A DNA stretch of 64,000 bases from Actinomycetota bacterium (GCA_009704985.1 WLDE01000002.1:1560-65559), one strand, 5' to 3'. Shown: positions 52,468 to 62,192, numbered from the stretch's first letter. Numbers and translations: made by a program. Notes: generated from the sequence alone by a model not told the origin.

Positions 52468-54165
52468 GTGCCGACCCCTGCGACACCGACCGATCGGCTC
52501 CGCGATGCGGCGGCCGTGCAGGCCACGTTCTGCGCCACGCTGGTCGACCAGTGGGTCCGTGACGGCGTCACCCACGCGATGATCGCCCCGGGATCGCGGA
52601 GCACCCCGATGGCGCTCTCGATCGCGGCCTCGCCGGAACTGCACGTCGAGGTCTTCCACGACGAGCGGTCCGCCGCGTTCGCCGCACTGGGCGCCGGACT
52701 CGCGAGCGGGCGTCCGGCGCTGCTGCTGTGCACCAGCGGGACCGCTGCGGCCCACTTCCACGCAGCGGTCGTGGAGGCGCACCTGAGCGACGTGCCGGTG
52801 CTGGTGCTCACCGCCGACCGGCCGCCCGAGCTCCGAGACGTCGGTGCGCCGCAGACCATCGACCAGACCAAGCTCTACGGCGACGCGGTGCGCTGGTTCC
52901 ACGATCCCGGTGTTCCCGACGCCGACCGGGCGTCCACCTGGCGTGCGCTCGCCCGGCACGCCCTCGCGCGTACGCTCGGCGTCCGGCGCGGCCCGGTGCA
53001 CCTCGACCTGCCGTTCCGTGAGCCGCTGGTGGGGGAGTCCCGGGATCTGCCGGCACCGCACCTCGGCCGGCTGCTCGTCGACGCACCAGCCCTGCGGCTC
53101 GGAGCGCTGTCGATGCAGCTCGACCGTGAGCGCGGCGTGATCGTCGCCGGCCGGGGCGTCGACGACCCCGCTGCCGTGTCCGCGCTGTCGGTCGCCACCG
53201 GGTGGCCGATCCTGGCCGATCCCCGGTCCGGGTGTCGTCGGTCGCCGGGAGCGGTCACAGCGTTCGACTCCGTGCTCCGTCACGACGATTTCGCCGCGTC
53301 GCACGTGCCCGAGGTGGTGGTGCACCTCGGCGAACCGCCGGCGTCGAAGGTGCTGGCCTCGTGGCTCGCCGAGTCCGGCGCGATCCAGGTGCGGGTCACC
53401 GACACGGACCGATGGATCGACCCGGCCCACACGGTGGCGCATCGGGTGGTGGCACCGATCGGCGAGTTCTGCACCCGTCTGGCGGGCGAGTTGCGCGGGG
53501 CCGGCGGGAGCGACTGGCGCGAGCGCTGGATCCGTGTGTCGGCGATCGCCGACGACCGGCTCGCCGCTGAGCTCGACGTTCCCGCAGTGCTCACCGAGCC
53601 GGCGGTGGCCCGTGCGGTGTCCCGGCAACGGGGGCACGTCGTCGTGGCGTCGTCGATGCCGGTGCGCGACCTCGAGTGGTTCGGTGCCCCTGACCAGACC
53701 GCCTCGGTGTGGTCGAACCGCGGTGCGAACGGCATCGACGGCACGGTGGCCACGGCGATCGGCATCGCGTCGGTGACGGGCGAGCCGGTCACGGTGCTGC
53801 TGGGCGACGTCGCGCTCCTGCACGACGCCTCGTCGCTCACGGCGCTCGCGCGTCGGGACGTCACCGTCCGCATCGTGGTGGTCGACAACGACGGTGGCGG
53901 CATCTTCTCGTTCCTGCCGCAGGCCGGGGCGCTCGGCGAGTCGCGCTTCGAGCAGCTCTTCGGCACCCCGCACGGCACCGATCTCGTGGCGCTGGCACAG
54001 GCGCACGGCTTGCCGGCCGACGTCGCCGGCGACGCCGGATCGCTCGCCGAGTTGCTCGACCGACCCGGATCGAGGGTCGTGGTGGTACGCACCGACCGGC
54101 GCGACAACGTCGTCGAGCACGCCCGGCTGCACGCCTGCGTCACCGACGCGATGCGTCCCCGCTGA
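52468..54165 (+). CDS. menD: 2-succinyl-5-enolpyruvyl-6-hydroxy-3-cyclohexene-1-carboxylate (SEPHCHC) synthase
   Basis: ThDP enzyme pattern (APGSRSTPMA, LCTSGTAAAHF, LLGDVALLHD, VVDNDGGGIF). Confidence 0.9.
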   Translation: MPTPATPTDRLRDAAAVQATFCATLVDQWVRDGVTHAMIAPGSRSTPMALSIAASPELHVEVFHDERSAAFAALGAGLASGRPALLLCTSGTAAAHFHAAVVEAHLSDVPVLVLTADRPPELRDVGAPQTIDQTKLYGDAVRWFHDPGVPDADRASTWRALARHALARTLGVRRGPVHLDLPFREPLVGESRDLPAPHLGRLLVDAPALRLGALSMQLDRERGVIVAGRGVDDPAAVSALSVATGWPILADPRSGCRRSPGAVTAFDSVLRHDDFAASHVPEVVVHLGEPPASKVLASWLAESGAIQVRVTDTDRWIDPAHTVAHRVVAPIGEFCTRLAGELRGAGGSDWRERWIRVSAIADDRLAAELDVPAVLTEPAVARAVSRQRGHVVVASSMPVRDLEWFGAPDQTASVWSNRGANGIDGTVATAIGIASVTGEPVTVLLGDVALLHDASSLTALARRDVTVRIVVVDNDGGGIFSFLPQAGALGESRFEQLFGTPHGTDLVALAQAHGLPADVAGDAGSLAELLDRPGSRVVVVRTDRRDNVVEHARLHACVTDAMRPR

Positions 54166-54267
54166 GCCGCTCCAGGAGGTCGAGCATCACGCGTTCCACG
54201 TCGTGGGCGCCTCCCGCCGGGCCATCCGGCGACGGGCTCGACCGCGGCTCCTCGCCGTCCGCGGGCG

Positions 54268-55455
54268 CTACGGGCGCACGATCGCGCTGAGCATCGCCTG
54301 CAGCTTCGCCTGCGTCTCGGCGAGCTCGGCCGACGGGTCGCTCGCCGCCACGATGCCGCCGCCGGCCACGAGGCGGGCGCTGCATCGGTCGTCGCTCAGC
54401 TCGGCACAGCGGATCGTCACGGCCCAGGTGCCGTCGCCGCGTGCGTCGACCCATCCGACCGCACCGCCGTAGCGGCCCCGGTCGAAGCCCTCGTGCTCGG
54501 CGATCAGCTGCAGCGCCTCGGCGCGCGGGAACCCGCCGAGCGCCGGCGTGGGCGACAGGGCGCGCACCAGCTCGAGCACGTCGGGCCGCGGGTCCGACAG
54601 CCGGCCCTCCATCGCCGTGCCGAGGTGCTGCACGTTCGCGACCCGCACGATCGACGGCTCGGGCTCCCAGTCGAGGTAGCTGCACCAGGGCAGCAGGGTG
54701 TCGTGGATCATGTCGATCACGACGCGGTGCTCCACCTGGTCCTTGGTGCTCGCGACGAGTTGCTCGGCGATGCGGTCGTCGGTGGCCGGATCGCCCGTGC
54801 GCGGCGCCGTGCCGGCCAGCGGGTGCGACCGCACCACGTCGCCCGTGACCGACACGAGCAACTCGGGCGACGCCCCGACGAGGCCGTCGATCGAGTACCG
54901 GTGGCTCGACCCGAACGAGGCGCGCAGCCGCAGCAGCACGGCGTGCACGTCGATCGGTTCGTCGCTGCGCACCGACACCTCGCGGGCGATCACGGCCTTG
55001 AGCAGCGATCCGTCGCGCACCGCGTCTCGTGCGGCGACGACGGCCGACAGGTAGCGGTCGATCGGCGTCAGGGGACCGACGTCGAACCGCTGTGCCCGGG
55101 GTGACGGCCGCGGCGCCGGGGAGAGGTCCGGCGCGGGCTCGTCGCCACCCTCGATCCGGGTGACCCACCGTGTGCCGTCCGCCGCCACGCCGACCAGCAG
55201 CGCGGGGACCACGAGCGTCGCGGATCGCCCCGGCTCGAACGGCACGGCACCGAGTGCGATGGGGGAGCGGCCACCCACTCGATCGTCGTGATCGATCGAG
55301 GCCAGGAGCGCGGGAGCGTCGTCGATCGACACGCGTGCGGCGACCCCGCGGCCCGCGACCCCGATGCCGTCACGGACGAACAGCATCCCGTCGCCGCCGG
55401 CGACGTCGTCGAGCTCGAGGCCCGGGGTGTCGAGCGCGACGGTGACGGCCCGCAT
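54268..55455 (-). CDS. menF: Isochorismate synthase
   Basis: Chorismate-binding domain pattern (HPLAGT, LSPTPALGG, RGRYGGAVGWVD, AGGGIVA). Confidence 0.85.
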   Translation of the reverse strand: MRAVTVALDTPGLELDDVAGGDGMLFVRDGIGVAGRGVAARVSIDDAPALLASIDHDDRVGGRSPIALGAVPFEPGRSATLVVPALLVGVAADGTRWVTRIEGGDEPAPDLSPAPRPSPRAQRFDVGPLTPIDRYLSAVVAARDAVRDGSLLKAVIAREVSVRSDEPIDVHAVLLRLRASFGSSHRYSIDGLVGASPELLVSVTGDVVRSHPLAGTAPRTGDPATDDRIAEQLVASTKDQVEHRVVIDMIHDTLLPWCSYLDWEPEPSIVRVANVQHLGTAMEGRLSDPRPDVLELVRALSPTPALGGFPRAEALQLIAEHEGFDRGRYGGAVGWVDARGDGTWAVTIRCAELSDDRCSARLVAGGGIVAASDPSAELAETQAKLQAMLSAIVRP

Positions 55456-55456
55456 G

Positions 55457-56161
55457 TCAGCGGCGCGTCCCGACCATGAGCTGGGTGAGGCCGCCCGACA
55501 GCTGGTGGTGCGAGGCGTCGGAGAACCCGGCGGCGCGCAGGTCGGCGAGCATCTGCTCGGGCGACGGGAGGTACGCCACGCTGCGCGGCAGGTAGCGGTA
55601 CGCCGGGCCGTCGCTCAGCAGCCCGCCGATGCGCGGCACGATCCGGCCGAAGTAGATGCTGTTGCCCCATCGGATCAGCGGGTTGCGCGGCACCCCGACG
55701 TCGAGCAGCGCGATCCGGCCGCCCGGGCGAACCACCCGGCCGAGCTCGGTGAAGAACGCCGGGAGGTCGACCAGGTTGCGCAGTGCGAACCCGCACGTGA
55801 CGCCGTCGACGGCGCCGTCGGGCACGGGCAGGTTCAGGATGTCGGCCTGGATTCGGGGCGCACCGCTGCGGTCCGCGGACAGCATGCCGAAGCTCAGGTC
55901 GGCCGACAGCGGCCGCATGCCGGCCCGCGCCAGGTCGATGCACAGGTCGCCCGTCCCGCTCGCCAGGTCGAGCACGGTGCTGCCGGCCGGGAGCGCGAGG
56001 CGCTTCACCGCGGTGCGCCGCCAGCGCACGTCGAGGCGGAACGTCATGATCCGGTTGACCATGTCGTAGCGCGGGGCGATCGCGTCGAACATCTGCCGGA
56101 CGGCGACGACCTTCTCCTGACCCTCTGGGAGGGTGTCTCGGTCCCAGGCGCGTTCGTTCAC
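55457..56161 (-). CDS. menG: Demethylmenaquinone methyltransferase (UbiE/MenG family)
   Basis: GTG 56161. FDAIAPRYDMVNRIMTF and the SAM motif VLDLASGTGD. Its stop lies 1 nt from the menF start. Confidence 0.85.
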   Translation of the reverse strand: MNERAWDRDTLPEGQEKVVAVRQMFDAIAPRYDMVNRIMTFRLDVRWRRTAVKRLALPAGSTVLDLASGTGDLCIDLARAGMRPLSADLSFGMLSADRSGAPRIQADILNLPVPDGAVDGVTCGFALRNLVDLPAFFTELGRVVRPGGRIALLDVGVPRNPLIRWGNSIYFGRIVPRIGGLLSDGPAYRYLPRSVAYLPSPEQMLADLRAAGFSDASHHQLSGGLTQLMVGTRR

Positions 56162-56240
56162 GCCGCAGAGGCTACGGGGCGGTGTCGGGCCGCCCCCGGA
56201 CCGTCGGCCCCGTGTGCCGCATGTGACAGGATCGCCCGCC

Positions 56241-57647
56241 ATGGGGAACGAACTGTGGCGACGCGGAGCGCTGGAGCTGGCGGGCATGATCGCCCGCCGC
56301 GAGGTGACGAGCACCGAGGTGGTGCGGGCGCACCTCGACCGGATCGACGAGGTGAACCCGGCGCTGAACGCGGTCGTGCGCCGGCTCGACGAATCGGCGC
56401 TCGAGGCGGCCGCCGCGGCGGATGCGGCCGTCGCCGCGGGCGAGCCACTGGGTGCGTTCCACGGTGTGCCGATGACGGTGAAGGAGAACATCGATCTCGC
56501 CGGCACGCCCACCACGAGCGCGCTCGTGGCGTTCGCCGAGGCGATCGTGCCGGTCGACGCACCGATCGTCGAGCGGATGAAGGCGGCCGGTGCGATCGCG
56601 ATCGGGCGCACCAACCTTCCCGACATGGGCCTACGGGTGACCACCGAGTCGTCGCTGCACGGGGTGACGCACAACCCGTGGCACCCCACCCGCACGGCCG
56701 GTGGTTCGAGCGGCGGTGAGGCCTCGGCGCTCGCCAGCGGCATGAGCCCGATCGGACTCGGCAACGACATCGGCGGCTCGCTGCGCAACCCGGCGCACTG
56801 CTGTGGCATCGCCTCGATCAAGCCGTCCACGGGGGTGATCCCGTCCGCAGGCGTCCTGCCACCGGAGGAGCAGACGATCAGCTTCCAGCTCATGGCCGTG
56901 CAGGGCGTGATGGCCCGGCACGTCGCCGACGTGCGTGCGGGGTTCCTCACCGTCGCCGGACCGCACGAGCGCGACCCGCTCTGCCTGCCGGTGTCGATCG
57001 CCGGGCTCGACCCGTCGCGTCCGCCGCGCGTCGCCGTCGTCACCGACCCGCCCGGCGGGACCACGCACCCCGAGGTGAGCGCGGCGATCCGGCGTGCCGC
57101 CGACGCCCTGAGCGATGCGGGTGCCGAGGTCGTCGAGGCGGTTCCGAGCACCTACGAGCGGGCGATCGAGCTGTGGGCCGGCATGCTCGGAACCGACCTG
57201 CGGATCATGAAGCCGCTGCTCGACATGGTGATGGGCGACGCGGGTCGCTCCTTCCTCGAGCACACGATGGACATCTTCCCGGCGCTCGACCTCGCCGGCT
57301 TCGCCGCGGTGTTCCTGGCCCGATCCGGGGTGGAGCGCGACTTCTTCGACTTCCTCGGCCGTCACGACGTCATGCTGAGCCCGACGTGGGCCCACCCGCC
57401 GTTCGAGCTCGGCGCCGACGCAGCCACGGTCGAGGGGGCGCGAGCCACGCTCGACACGATGCGGCCGGTGCTCCCGGCCAACCTGCTCGGTCTGCCGGCC
57501 GCGGTGGTGCCGGTGGGGATGGCCGACGGCACCCCGGTCGGTGCGCAGCTCGTGGCCCGCAAGTTCGCCGACCTGCGGTGCCTCGACGTGGCCCAGATGC
57601 TGGAGGAAGCGTTCGGGACGATCACCCCGATCGACCCGCGCCGCTGA
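56241..57647 (+). CDS. Amidase (amidase-signature family)
   Basis: ATG 56241. AS signature GGSSGGEASALASG with a catalytic Ser-Ser-Lys context (MTVKENIDLAG). Confidence 0.85.
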   Translation: MGNELWRRGALELAGMIARREVTSTEVVRAHLDRIDEVNPALNAVVRRLDESALEAAAAADAAVAAGEPLGAFHGVPMTVKENIDLAGTPTTSALVAFAEAIVPVDAPIVERMKAAGAIAIGRTNLPDMGLRVTTESSLHGVTHNPWHPTRTAGGSSGGEASALASGMSPIGLGNDIGGSLRNPAHCCGIASIKPSTGVIPSAGVLPPEEQTISFQLMAVQGVMARHVADVRAGFLTVAGPHERDPLCLPVSIAGLDPSRPPRVAVVTDPPGGTTHPEVSAAIRRAADALSDAGAEVVEAVPSTYERAIELWAGMLGTDLRIMKPLLDMVMGDAGRSFLEHTMDIFPALDLAGFAAVFLARSGVERDFFDFLGRHDVMLSPTWAHPPFELGADAATVEGARATLDTMRPVLPANLLGLPAAVVPVGMADGTPVGAQLVARKFADLRCLDVAQMLEEAFGTITPIDPRR

Positions 57648-57654
57648 CGGCCGC

Positions 57655-59268
57655 TCAGGCGTCGAGGGCCGTCTGCTTCGCCCAGCGGTAGTCGGCCTTG
57701 CCCGACGGCGACCGCACGATGTGGTCGACGAACACGACCGCCTTCGGGAGCTTGTAGCGAGCGATGTGCCGCTCGGCCTCGTGCAGCAGCGCCGCCTGGT
57801 CGGGGGAGCGGCCCTCGCGCAGCCGCACGATCGCCACCACCTCGTTGCCCCACCGCTCGCTCGGCCGGCCCGCCACCACGCAGTCGTACACGTCGGGGTG
57901 CGCCTTGATCGCGGCCTCCACCTCCTCGGCGAAGATCTTCTCGCCACCGGAGTTGATCGTCACCGAGTCGCGGCCGTGGAGCTCGATGACGCCGTCGGCG
58001 CGCAGCCGGGCGCGGTCGCCGGGCACGGCGTAGCGGACGCCGTCGACCACGGGGTAGGTGCGTGCCGTCTTGGCGGCGTCGCCGAGGTAGCCGAGCGCCA
58101 GCCGGCCGCTCTTCGCGAGCCAGCCGAGCTCGTCGTCGCCGAGGGCGAGCTCGCGGTCGAGGTCGGCCGACAGCACGTGGTTGCCGGGGGAGATGGGGAA
58201 CGTGCCGGTGGTGGCGCCGCTGCCCGCCGACACCTGCGACAGCTGGCCACCGGCCTCCGACGACCCGAGACCGTCCACGATCATCAGCGTGGGCAGGTGC
58301 TGCAGGAACTCGTTCTTCGAGCCGGCCGACAGCGGCGCGCCACCGGACAGCAGCACCGTGAGGCTGGAGAGGTCGTAGGTGTGCTGCGCCAGGCCGTCGA
58401 GCAGCGGGCGCGCGAAGGCGTCGCCGACGATGAGCAGGAAGTTGAGCTGCTCGCGTTCGATGAGTCCCCACACGTCGGCCGGGTCGAGGCGCTCGGGCAC
58501 CGACTGGACGAAGACGCAGCCCCCGGTGTTCCAGGTGCGGAAGCTCATCCAGTGGCCGGCGCCGTGCATGAAGGGGGGAGCGAGCAGGGCGCGCAGGCCT
58601 CCGACGGCCTCGGCCACGACCCCGTCGAGGGTGTCTGCCCGCGAACCGCCGAAGCACTCGACGTTCGCGTCGGCGTTGCGCCAGAGCACCCCCTTCGGCA
58701 TGCCGGTGGTGCCGCCGGTGTAGAGGATGTAGAGGTCGTCCGGACTCCACGTCACGTCGGGACGCTCGGGTGAGGCGGCGGCGAGCGCATCCTCGTACCA
58801 CACGGCACCGGGCAGGAGGTCGTTGCCGGAGGCGTCGGGCACCTGCAGCACCACGCGGACGCTCGGCACGTCGGGCAGCACCTCGGCGAGCGTGGGCGCG
58901 AACTGGCTGTGCACCACGACGGCCTCAGCAGCAGCGTCATTCAGCAGGTAGCGCAGCTCCTCGGCGACGTAGCGGTAGTTGACGTTGAACGGCGCCAACC
59001 GTGCCTTGAACGAGCCGAGCATGCACTCCAGGTACTCGTTGCCGTTGTGCAGGTAGATCGCCAGGTGCGACTGGCCGCTCTCGTGGCCCTGCAGCTCGGA
59101 CCGCTCGGTGCGGACCCCGAGCCCCTGCGAGCGGAGATGGTTGGCGAGCCGGCGCGTGCGCTCGGTGACCTGGGCCCACGTGAAGCGCCGGTCGCGGAAC
59201 ACGAGGCACTCCTCGTCGGGCCGGCTCGCGGCGATGGCTTCGTGCACCTCGGCGACGGAGAACTCCAT
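57655..59268 (-). CDS. Acyl-CoA synthetase (AMP-binding, FadD-like)
   Basis: ATG 59268 (MEFSVAEV). YTGGTTGMPKGV, GLGSSEAG and INSGGEKIF. Confidence 0.85.
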   Translation of the reverse strand: MEFSVAEVHEAIAASRPDEECLVFRDRRFTWAQVTERTRRLANHLRSQGLGVRTERSELQGHESGQSHLAIYLHNGNEYLECMLGSFKARLAPFNVNYRYVAEELRYLLNDAAAEAVVVHSQFAPTLAEVLPDVPSVRVVLQVPDASGNDLLPGAVWYEDALAAASPERPDVTWSPDDLYILYTGGTTGMPKGVLWRNADANVECFGGSRADTLDGVVAEAVGGLRALLAPPFMHGAGHWMSFRTWNTGGCVFVQSVPERLDPADVWGLIEREQLNFLLIVGDAFARPLLDGLAQHTYDLSSLTVLLSGGAPLSAGSKNEFLQHLPTLMIVDGLGSSEAGGQLSQVSAGSGATTGTFPISPGNHVLSADLDRELALGDDELGWLAKSGRLALGYLGDAAKTARTYPVVDGVRYAVPGDRARLRADGVIELHGRDSVTINSGGEKIFAEEVEAAIKAHPDVYDCVVAGRPSERWGNEVVAIVRLREGRSPDQAALLHEAERHIARYKLPKAVVFVDHIVRSPSGKADYRWAKQTALDA

Positions 59269-59533
59269 CCCCCGCAAGCTAGGCAACGTGTGCCGGAGGT
59301 CACGAATCGTCCTCAGGACGGATCGCGTCGACCCACCCACGTTGCGTGGTCGGCGTGCACGGAGGGTGTGAGTCGTTCGGACCATCCCGGGGCTGCTCCC
59401 TCCCGTGTCCATCGGTCCTGGTGCATCCTCACGGCATGCTCCAGCTCCTGCAGGTCGCCGCCCTCACGCTCGCGGCGCTCGAGCTCCCGATCGGCGTCCG
59501 GCACGCCCGTGCCTCCTGGTCCGGGAGTCGCTC

Positions 59534-59860
59534 GTGAGCGCGCTCACCGACCTCGCGACCGTCGCGCTGTGGCCGCTCGCTGCGATCGCCCTCGTGCTGT
59601 GCGGGATGACGCTCGCCTCCAGCGGACGCTCGGCACCGCCCACGGCGGAACGCCGAGCGGCGGCCTCGGCCCCGGGTGGACGTCGCGCCACCGACGGACT
59701 CCCCGGTGACCGCACGATGGTGGTGGTCACGGGCGAGACGAGCGCCGACACCGTGCGGCGAGCGATCGAGGGTGCCCGCGGTGGTGCGTCCTCGGCCCGA
59801 CCGGTCGACGTGGTCGCCGATCCGGTGCGACCGCACCCGCGCTGGGAGGCCGTCGGCTGA
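59534..59860 (+). CDS. Hypothetical small membrane protein (weak call)
   Basis: GTG 59534, one TM segment (LATVALWPLAAIALVLCGMTLA). Its start overlaps (GTGA) the stop of an unannotated 33-codon ORF at 59436..59537. Confidence 0.3.
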   Translation: MSALTDLATVALWPLAAIALVLCGMTLASSGRSAPPTAERRAAASAPGGRRATDGLPGDRTMVVVTGETSADTVRRAIEGARGGASSARPVDVVADPVRPHPRWEAVG

Positions 59861-59966
59861 CGCCGGGCGGCCCGGTCGACGCCCGGTCGGGGTCGGGTCG
59901 GGGTCGGTCGGGGTCGGTCGGCACCGGGCGACGGCCCGACGAACGAGTGCGGTTAGGGTGCGCTCG

Positions 59967-60944
59967 ATGACTGGACACGGCACGAACGACGTGATCTTCG
60001 GCATGTTCATGCCGCAGGGTTGGAAGATGGAGCTCGCCGAGATCGAGGGCGCGGCCGCGAAGTGGGACACGGCGGTGTCGATCGCACTGCGCGCCGAGGA
60101 ACTCGGCTACGACTCGATCTGGGTCTACGACCACTTCCACAACGTGCCCCGACCCGCACACGAGGCCGTGTTCGAGTGCTGGACCACCATCGCCGCGATC
60201 AGCCAGCGCACCACGCGGGTGCGGCTCGGCCAGATGGTGGGGTGCAACAGCTACCGCAACCCCGCGGTGCTGGCGAAGATCACCTCCACCATCGACGTGA
60301 TCAGCGGAGGCCGGCTGGACTGGGGTATCGGTGCGGGGTGGTACGAGAACGAGTACCGCGGGTACGGGTTCGACTTCCCCAAGCCGAAGGATCGCATCGG
60401 GATGCTGCGCGAGAGCGTGGAGATCGTCCGCAGCATGTGGACCCAACCGCAGACCACGTACGACGGCAAGTACTACAAGCTCTCCCGGGCGAACTGCGAT
60501 CCCAAGCCGCTCCAGACGCCGCACCCGCCGATCTGGATCGGGGGCGGCGGCGAGCAACTCACGTTGCGCGTGGTGGCGATGTACGCCGACTACTCGAACT
60601 TCGGCGGCAAGCCCGACGAGTGGACGCGCAAGCGCGAGATCCTGAAGGGTCACTGCGCGGCCGTCGGTCGCGACGAGGACACGATCGGCAAGACCTGGTC
60701 GCCCGAGGTGTTCATCCGCTCCACCGAGGCCGAGGTCGTCGCCGCCGGCACGAAGAGCCTGTGGGGCGAGCCGTTCGAGGCGTGGCGCGACGCGAACCTG
60801 GTCGGCACGCCCGAGCAGGTGTGCGAGAAGATCCAGACCTACCTCGACCTCGGGTGCACCGGGTTCATCCCGTGGTGCCCCGACTACCCGAGCACGGAGA
60901 CCATGGAGCTCTTCGCCCGCGAGGTCATGCCCAACTTCCGCTGA
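59967..60944 (+). CDS. LLM-class flavin/F420-dependent oxidoreductase
   Basis: ATG 59967. Luciferase-like TIM barrel pattern (GYDSIWVYDHF, RLGQMVGCNSYRNPAVLAK, GRLDWGIGAGW). Confidence 0.8.
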   Translation: MTGHGTNDVIFGMFMPQGWKMELAEIEGAAAKWDTAVSIALRAEELGYDSIWVYDHFHNVPRPAHEAVFECWTTIAAISQRTTRVRLGQMVGCNSYRNPAVLAKITSTIDVISGGRLDWGIGAGWYENEYRGYGFDFPKPKDRIGMLRESVEIVRSMWTQPQTTYDGKYYKLSRANCDPKPLQTPHPPIWIGGGGEQLTLRVVAMYADYSNFGGKPDEWTRKREILKGHCAAVGRDEDTIGKTWSPEVFIRSTEAEVVAAGTKSLWGEPFEAWRDANLVGTPEQVCEKIQTYLDLGCTGFIPWCPDYPSTETMELFAREVMPNFR

Positions 60945-61004
60945 GCGGCGCCGGACGCGCACGGGCCACGGTCGGCCCGACGCCGTCGGGTACGGTCGTC
61001 GGCC

Positions 61005-61484
61005 ATGGGCGACGTGGTCATCCCGAACTTCGGAGCACTGCTGGCTCCGTACATCTCCGCCGTGCCGGCCGAGGCGATGCCCCGGTTCCTCGCGCTGCTC
61101 GAGCGCGGTGCGGCCGACCGCTACCGCGGCTGGGCCGCAGCGCTGCCCGAGCACGCCGAGGTGCTGCTCACCTGCGCGGAGGCCGAGGACGAGATCGCGG
61201 ACCGGATCGAGCGCGCCTTCGAGCTCGACGAGTCGTTGCGTCCGGCGCTCGAGGCGCCACTGCCCGGCGCGATCCGCACGTACTACGACGTCTTCGACGC
61301 CGTGCCCGTCTGGGACCAGATCCGCATCCAGGCGAACGCCGAACGACAGGGCGCTCAGGCGTGGCGCAACATCGCCACCCGCACCACCGACCCGCAGGTG
61401 ATCGAGGCGCTCGCCGCGTGCTCGGTGCTCGAGGAGCAGAGCGCCGACCGGCTCGACGCGCTGCTCGCCGCGCACGCGAACTGA
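61005..61484 (+). CDS. Hypothetical helical protein (possibly a ferritin-like four-helix bundle; not confidently assigned)
   Basis: 159-aa ORF with coding-like composition and Glu-rich helices. No diagnostic motif. Confidence 0.5.
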   Translation: MGDVVIPNFGALLAPYISAVPAEAMPRFLALLERGAADRYRGWAAALPEHAEVLLTCAEAEDEIADRIERAFELDESLRPALEAPLPGAIRTYYDVFDAVPVWDQIRIQANAERQGAQAWRNIATRTTDPQVIEALAACSVLEEQSADRLDALLAAHAN

Positions 61485-61558
61485 CGCCGCTCCGCGGTGG
61501 CGGCGCCGATGCCGTGGTTGGCGCCGCTCACGATGGCGACGTGGGTGGCTGACGTCAT
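61484..61558 (-). pseudogene. Relic of an SDR gene: N-terminal Rossmann motif only
   Basis: From ATG 61558 the frame reads MTSATHVAIVSGANHGIGAATAERR (TGxxxGIG-type motif). It then runs into the opposite-strand gene and loses all SDR similarity. Confidence 0.45.
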
Positions 61559-61618
61559 CGGCCCATCATCGCCGCGGCGGTGTGCACGGATCGCACGGTT
61601 TCGGCGGCCCGGACGCGA

Positions 61619-61646
61619 CGACACCCGGGCGTGGGCCCGGGTGTCG
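61619..61646. terminator. Perfect 12-bp stem / 4-nt loop hairpin (CGACACCCGGGC-gtgg-GCCCGGGTGTCG)
   Basis: Read directly. Lies 43 nt downstream of the MaoC stop (61689, minus strand). Confidence 0.5.
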
Positions 61647-61688
61647 CGGACGTGACGATCGGGACGCGGGCTCGGTGCCCGCCCCGGC

Positions 61689-62150
61689 TCACTCGTAGCT
61701 GCGGAAGATCACCTCGGCGACGCAGCTCGGCTTCGCCGCACCCTCGCACTCGAAGGTGAAGCCGTAGGTGACCTGCACGCCACCGGCGATGTCCTCGACG
61801 TTCATGAGGGTGACGCCGAGGCGCAGCTTCGCGCCCACCGGCACCGGCGACATGAAGCGCACCTTGTTCGCGCCGTAGTTGACGCCCATGCGGAAGCCGG
61901 TGGTGATGACGACCTGCGGCATCAGCACGGGACCGAGCGAGAGCGTGAGGTACCCGTGGGCGATGGGGCCGCCGAACGGACTCTCGGTCTTCGCCCGCTC
62001 CACGTCGACGTGGATCCACTGGTGGTCGCCGGTCGCCTCGGCGAACTGGTTCACCCGCTCCTGGGTGATCTCCATCCACTCGCTGTAGCCGAGGTGCTCG
62101 CCGACGAGCGCCTTGAGTTCCGCGGTTCCGTTGATGATGCGTGCTGCCAT
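61689..62150 (-). CDS. MaoC-like (R)-specific enoyl-CoA hydratase / dehydratase
   Basis: Hot-dog fold motif ATGDHQWIHVDVERA...FGGPIAHG. Confidence 0.85.
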   Translation of the reverse strand: MAARIINGTAELKALVGEHLGYSEWMEITQERVNQFAEATGDHQWIHVDVERAKTESPFGGPIAHGYLTLSLGPVLMPQVVITTGFRMGVNYGANKVRFMSPVPVGAKLRLGVTLMNVEDIAGGVQVTYGFTFECEGAAKPSCVAEVIFRSYE

Positions 62151-62192
62151 GCCCGGAAGCTTGGCAGGTCCTCGTCGCCTACGGTGAAGCCG

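Noticed and set aside
59283-59345. An 8-bp inverted repeat GCAACGTG ... CACGTTGC, 47 nt apart, upstream of the acyl-CoA synthetase gene.
   Set aside because: The repeat is short and the spacing long, so chance occurrence is plausible in a 170-nt spacer. No second copy or palindromic core supports an operator.
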